Made by a program: the position numbers and the translations under genes. Source: Auanema rhodensis (taxonomy: Eukaryota; Animalia; Nematoda). From it: DNA of 64,000 bases. Location: the NCBI GenBank assembly GCA_964057225.1, contig OZ059897.1, positions 17,174,001 to 17,238,000 of the forward strand. The letters run 5' to 3'. The notes below the pieces were generated by a model. The model did no database searches. It saw nothing but the letters and a program-made list of their open reading frames with translations, and had not been told where the DNA came from. This document shows positions 58,746 through 64,000 of this stretch, piece by piece; the stretch's first letter is position 1; every line of letters starts with the position of its first letter.

Positions 58746-60617
58746 CTCATGGTTACCATGCACTAATATCAATGAAAATTTGGTTTTAGACTAATATGGA
58801 TATGGGGAATCTAATTTTGAAAACCGCATCTCTTTATCTTTCACGTGAAGCGAGTTACATACCAAGTGCACATCACGTGTACATTTAATTAGCATAAATT
58901 GAAGTTCACGTGAATATCAAAGTCATGGTTACCATGCACCAATATCAATAAAAATTTGTTTTTAGACTAATATGGATATGGGGAATCTAATTTTGAAAAC
59001 CGCATCTTTTCATCTTTCACGGGAAGCGAGTTACATACCGAGTGCACATCGCGTGTACATTTAATTAGCATAAATTAAAGTTCACGTAAATTTCAAAGTC
59101 ATGGTTACCATGCACCAATATCAATGAAAATTTCTTTTTAGACTAATATGGACTTGGGGAATCTAATTTTGAAAACCGCATCTCTTTATCTTTCACGGGA
59201 AGCGAGTTTCATACCAAGTGCACATCACGTGTACATTTAATTAGCATAAATTAAAGTTCACGTAAATTTCAAAGTCATGGTTACCATGCACCAATATCAA
59301 TGAAAATTTCTTTTTAGACTAATATGGACTTGGGGAATCTAATTTTGAAAACCGCATCTCTTTATCTTTCACGGGAAGCGAGTTTCATACCAAGTGCACA
59401 TCACGTGTACATTTAATTAGCATAAATTAAAGTTCACGTAAATTTCAAAGTCATGGTTACCATGCACCAATATCAATGAAAATTTCTTTTTAGACTAATA
59501 TGGACTTGGGGAATCTAATTTTGAAAACCGCATCTCTTTATCTTTCACGGGAAGCGAGTTTCATACCAAGTGCACATCACGTGTACATTTAATTAGCATA
59601 AATTAAAGTTCACGTAAATTTCGAAGTCATGGTTACCATGCACTAATATCAATGAAAATTTGGTTTTAGACTAATATGGATATGGGGAATCTAATTTTGA
59701 AAACCGCATCTTTTCATCTTTCACGGGAAGCGAGTTACATACCGAGTGCACATCGCGTGTACATTTAATTAGCATAAATTGAAGTTCACGTAAATATCAA
59801 AGTCATGGTTACCATGCACCAATATCAATAAAAATTTGTTTTTAGACTAATATGGATATGGGGAATCTAATTTTGAAAACCGCATCTTTTCATCTTTCAC
59901 GGGAAGCGAGTTACATACCGAGTGCACATCGCGTGTACATTTAATTAGCATAAATTAAAGTTCACGTAAATTTCAAAGTCATGGTTACCATGCATCAATA
60001 TCAATAAAATATTGTTTTTAGACTAATATGGACACGGGGAATCTAATTTTGAAAACCGCATCTCTTTATCTTTCACGGGAAGCGAGTTTCATACCAAGTG
60101 CACATCACGTGTACATTTAATTAGCATAAATTAAAGTTCACGTAAATTTCAAAGTCATGGTTACCATGCACCAATATCAATGAAAATTTCTTTTTAGACT
60201 AATATGGACTTGGGGAATCTAATTTTGAAAACCGCATCTCTTTATCTTTCACGGGAAGCGAGTTTCATACCAAGTGCACATCACGTGTACATTTAATTAG
60301 CATAAATTAAAGTTCACGTAAATTTCGAAGTCATGGTTACCATGCACTAATATCAATAAAAATTTGTTTTTAGACTAATATGGATATGGGGAATCTAATT
60401 TTGAAAACCGCATCTCTTTATCTTTCACGGGAAGCGAGTTACATACCGAGTGCACATCGCGTGTACATTTAATTAGCATAAATGAAAGTTCACGTAAATT
60501 TCAAAGTCATGGTTACCATGCATCAATATCAATAAAATATTGTTTTTAGACTAATATGGACTCGGGGAATCTAATTTTGAAAACCGCATCTCTTTATCTT
60601 TCACGGGAAGCGAGTTT

Positions 60618-60700
60618 GACATTTACATTTTTGGTACATTTAATTAGCATAAATTGAAGTTCACGTAAATTTAAAATCATCTTTCACGGGAAGCGAGTTT
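60618..60700. other. 83-bp complex insertion (repair scar) interrupting the satellite register
   Basis: ATCTTTCACGGGAAGCGAGTTT occurs at 60596-60617 and again at 60679-60700, 83 bp apart instead of 176. Between them lie the non-consensus 16-mer GACATTTACATTTTTG (60618-60633) and a 47-bp satellite fragment (60634-60680). The next monomer starts at 60783, which is the expected 60700 plus 83. Confidence 0.93.
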
Positions 60701-63700
60701 CATACCAAGTGCACATCACGTGTACATTTAATTAGCATAAATTAAAGTTCACGTAAATTTCAAAGTCATGGTTACCATGCACCAATATCAATGAAAATTT
60801 CTTTTTAGACTAATATGGACTTGGGGAATCTAATTTTGAAAACCGCATCTCTTTATCTTTCACGGGAAGCGAGTTTCATACCAAGTGCACATCACGTGTA
60901 CATTTAATTAGCATAAATTGAAGTTCACGTAAATTTAAAATCATGGTTACCATGCACCAATATCAATAAAAATTTGTTTTTAGACTAATATGGACATGGG
61001 GAATCTAATTTTGAAAACCGCATCTCTTTATCTTTCACGGGAAGCGAGTTACATACCGAGTGCACATCACGTGTACATTTAATTAGCATAAATTAAAGTT
61101 CACGTAAATTTCAAAGTCATGGTTACCATGCATCAATATCAATAAAATATTGTTTTTAGACTAATATGGACTTGGGGAATCTAATTTTGAAAACCGCATC
61201 TCTTTATCTTTCACGGGAAGCGAGTTTCATACCAAGTGCACATCACGTGTACATTTAATTAGCATAAATCGAAGTTCACGTAAATTTAAAATCATGGTTA
61301 CCATGCACCAATATCAATAAAAATTTGTTTTTAGACTAATATGAACATGGTGAATCTAATTTTGAAAACCGCATCTCTTTATCTTTCACGGGGAGCGAGT
61401 TTCATACCAAGTGCACATCACGTGTACATTTAATTAGCATAAATTAAAGTTCACGTAAATTTCAAAGTCATGGTTACCATGCACCAATATCAATGAAAAT
61501 TTGTTTTTAGACTGATATGGACTTGGGGAATCTAATTTTGAAAACCGCATCTCTTTATCTTTCACGGGAAGCGAGTTTCATACCGAGTGCACATCACGTG
61601 TACATTTAATTAGCATAAATTAAAGTTCACGTAAATTTCAAAGTCATGGTTACCATGCACCAATATCAACAAAAATTTGTTTTCAGACTAATATGGACAT
61701 GGGGAATCTAATTTTGAAAACCGCATCTCTTTATCTTTCACGGGAAGCGAGTTTCATACCAAGTGCACATCACGTGTACATTTAATTAGCATAAATTAAA
61801 GTTCACGTAAATTTCGAAGTCATGGTTACCATGCACTAATATCAATGAAAATTTGGTTTTAGACTAATATGGATATGGGGAATCTAATTTTGAAAACCGC
61901 ATCTCTTTATCTTTCACGTGAAGCGAGTTACATACCAAGTGCACATCACGTGTACATTTAATTAGCATAAATTGAAGTTCACGTAAATTTCAAAGTCATG
62001 GTTACCATGCATCAATATCAATAAAATATTGTTTTTAGACTAATATGGACTTGGGGAATCTAATTTTGAAAACCGCATCTCTTTATCTTTCACGGGAAGC
62101 GAGTTTCATACCAAGTGCACATCACGTGTACATTTAATTAGCATAAATTAAAGTTCACGTAAATTTCAAAGTCATGGTTACCATGCACCAATATCAATGA
62201 AAATTTCTTTTTAGACTAATATGGACTTGGGGAATCTAATTTTGAAAACCGCATCTCTTTATCTTTCACGGGAAGCGAGTTTCATACCAAGTGCACATCA
62301 CGTGTACATTTAATTAGCATAAATTGAAGTTCACGTAAATTTAAAATCATGGTTACCATGCACCAATATCACTAAAAATTTGTTTTTAGACTAATATGAA
62401 CATGGTGAATCTAATTTTGAAAACCGCATCTCTTTATCTTTCACGGGGAGCGAGTTTCATACCAAGTGCACATCACGTGTACATTTAATTAGCATTAATT
62501 AAAGTTCACGTAAATTTCAAAGTCATGGTTACCATGCACCAATATCAATGAAAATTTGTTTTTAGACTGATATGGACTTGGGGAATCTAATTTTGAAAAC
62601 CGCATCTCTTTATCTTTCACGGGAAGCGAGTTTCATACAAGTGCACATCACGTGTACATTTAATTAGCATAAATTAAAGTTCACGTAAATTTCGAAGTCA
62701 TGGTTACCATGCACTAATATCAATGAAAATTTGTTTTTAGACTGATATGGATATGGGGAATCTAATTTGGAAAACCGCATCTTTTCATCTTTCACGGGAA
62801 GCGAGTTACATACCAAGTACACATCACGTGTACATTTAATTAGCATGAATGAAAGTTCACGTAAATTTCAAAGTCATGGTTACCATGCACCAATATCAAT
62901 AAAAATTTGTATTCAGACTAATATGGACATGGGGAATCTAATTTTAAAAACCGCATTTCTTTATCTTTCACGGGAAGCGAGTTTCATACAAGTGCACATC
63001 ACGTGTACATTTAATTAGCATAAATTGAAGTTCACGTAAATTTCAAAGTCATGGTTACCATGCACCAATATGAATAAGAATTTGTTTTTAGACTAATATG
63101 GACATGGGGAATCTAATTTTGAAAACCGCATCTCTTTATCTTTCACGGGAAGCGAGTTACATACCGAGTGCACATCACGTGTACATTTAATTAGCATAAA
63201 TTAAAGTTCACGTAAATTTCAAAGTCATGGTTACCATGCACCAATATCAATGAAAATTTGTTTTTAGACTAATATGGACATGGGGAATCTAATTTTAAAA
63301 ACCGCATCTCTTTATCTTTCACGGGAAGCGAGTTTCATACAAGTGCACATCACGTGTACATTTAATTAGCATAAATTAAAGTTCACGTAAATTTCAAAGT
63401 CATGGTTACCATGCATCAATATCAATAAAATATTGTTTTTAGACTAATATGGACTTGGGGAATCTAATTTTGAAAACCGCATCTCTTTATCTTTCACGGG
63501 AAGCGAGTTTCATACCAAGTGCACATCACGTGTACATTTAATTAGCATAAATTAAAGTTCACGTAAATTTCAAAATCATGGTTACCATGCACCAATATCA
63601 ATAAAAATTTGTTTTCAGACTAATATGGACATGGGGAATCTAATTTTGAAAACCGCATCTCTTCATCTTTCACGGGAAGCGAGTTACATACCAAGTACAC

Positions 63701-64000
63701 ATCGCGTGTACATTTAATTAGCATAAATTGAAGTTCACGTGAATTTCAAAGTCATGGTTACCATGCACCAATATGAATAAAAATTTGTTTTTAGACTAAT
63801 GTGGACATGGGAAATCTAATTTTGAAAACCGCATCTCTTTATCTTTCACGGGAAGCGAGATACATACCGAGTGCACATCGCGTGTACATTTAATTAGCAT
63901 AAATTAAAGTTCACGTAAATTTCAAAGTCATGGTTACCATGCACCAATATGAATAAGAATTTGTTTTTAGACTGATATGGACTTGGGGAATCTAATTTTG

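Larger units (their letters stand above)
1..64000. repeat. Tandem satellite DNA array, 176-bp monomer, about 363 copies; putative centromeric/pericentromeric satellite
   Basis: CAATATCAAT starts at 1, 177, 353 and so on, giving a period of 176. Register checked at 2640-bp intervals across the window; the last monomer starts at 63945. All copies are in the same orientation and differ at a limited set of recurrent SNP sites. The array runs off both window ends. Consensus has 58/176 G+C. The centromeric label is inferred from monomer size and homogeneity only. Confidence 0.99.

Noticed and set aside
60618-60680. Mobile element insertion with target-site duplication
   Set aside because: The inserted DNA is mostly satellite-derived, with only 16 bp of non-consensus sequence. 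It has no terminal inverted repeats, LTR or poly(A), so a repair scar explains it better.
62664-62846. 60-aa ORF on the - strand from the ORF track
   Set aside because: It is a chance reading frame across one monomer, overlaps the other spurious ORF, and has no coding evidence.
62767-63018. 83-aa ORF on the + strand from the ORF track
   Set aside because: It is translated satellite sequence, open only because local SNPs (ATAAAT>ATGAAT, TTAAAG>TGAAAG) and a 1-bp deletion shift or remove stops. It starts at a TTG made by a rare SNP and shows no protein-like features.
1-64000. CRISPR array, or a repeat array with variable cassettes
   Set aside because: There are no unique spacers. The entire 176 bp is repeated with only point variants, and there are no cas genes or leader.
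1-64000. SNP combinations acting as a deliberate combinatorial code
   Set aside because: The mosaic allele combinations are adequately explained by unequal exchange, gene conversion and segmental duplication. Nothing in the sequence supports an information-coding role.

Overview
The whole 64 kb window is one head-to-tail, single-orientation tandem satellite array. It holds about 363 full copies plus one partial copy of a 176-bp monomer with about 33% GC. Consensus from position 1: CAATATCAATAAAAATTTGTTTTTAGACTAATATGGACATGGGGAATCTAATTTTGAAAACCGCATCTCTTTATCTTTCACGGGAAGCGAGTTTCATACCAAGTGCACATCACGTGTACATTTAATTAGCATAAATTAAAGTTCACGTAAATTTCAAAGTCATGGTTACCATGCAC. Monomer size, homogeneity and organisation look like a eukaryotic centromeric or pericentromeric satellite. 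I do not recognise the family or species, and centromere function cannot be shown from sequence. I found no credible genes, RNA genes, transposons or CRISPR arrays, so there is no protein-coding system here. I checked the register every 15 monomers (2640 bp). It is fully accounted for by 27 one-base deletions of two recurring types plus one 83-bp insertion at 60618-60700. That insertion is the most unusual feature. It looks like a break-repair scar made of a 20-22 bp duplication, a 16-bp filler and a 47-bp segment matching the next monomer downstream. Other structure: nested higher-order duplications of variable period (3, 5, 6, 10, 14, 15 and 19 monomers, and 43-58 monomers at long range), a CENP-B-box-like 17-mer and several dyad symmetries in each monomer, and segregating variants that often fall on CpG. 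All counts and boundaries were read by eye.
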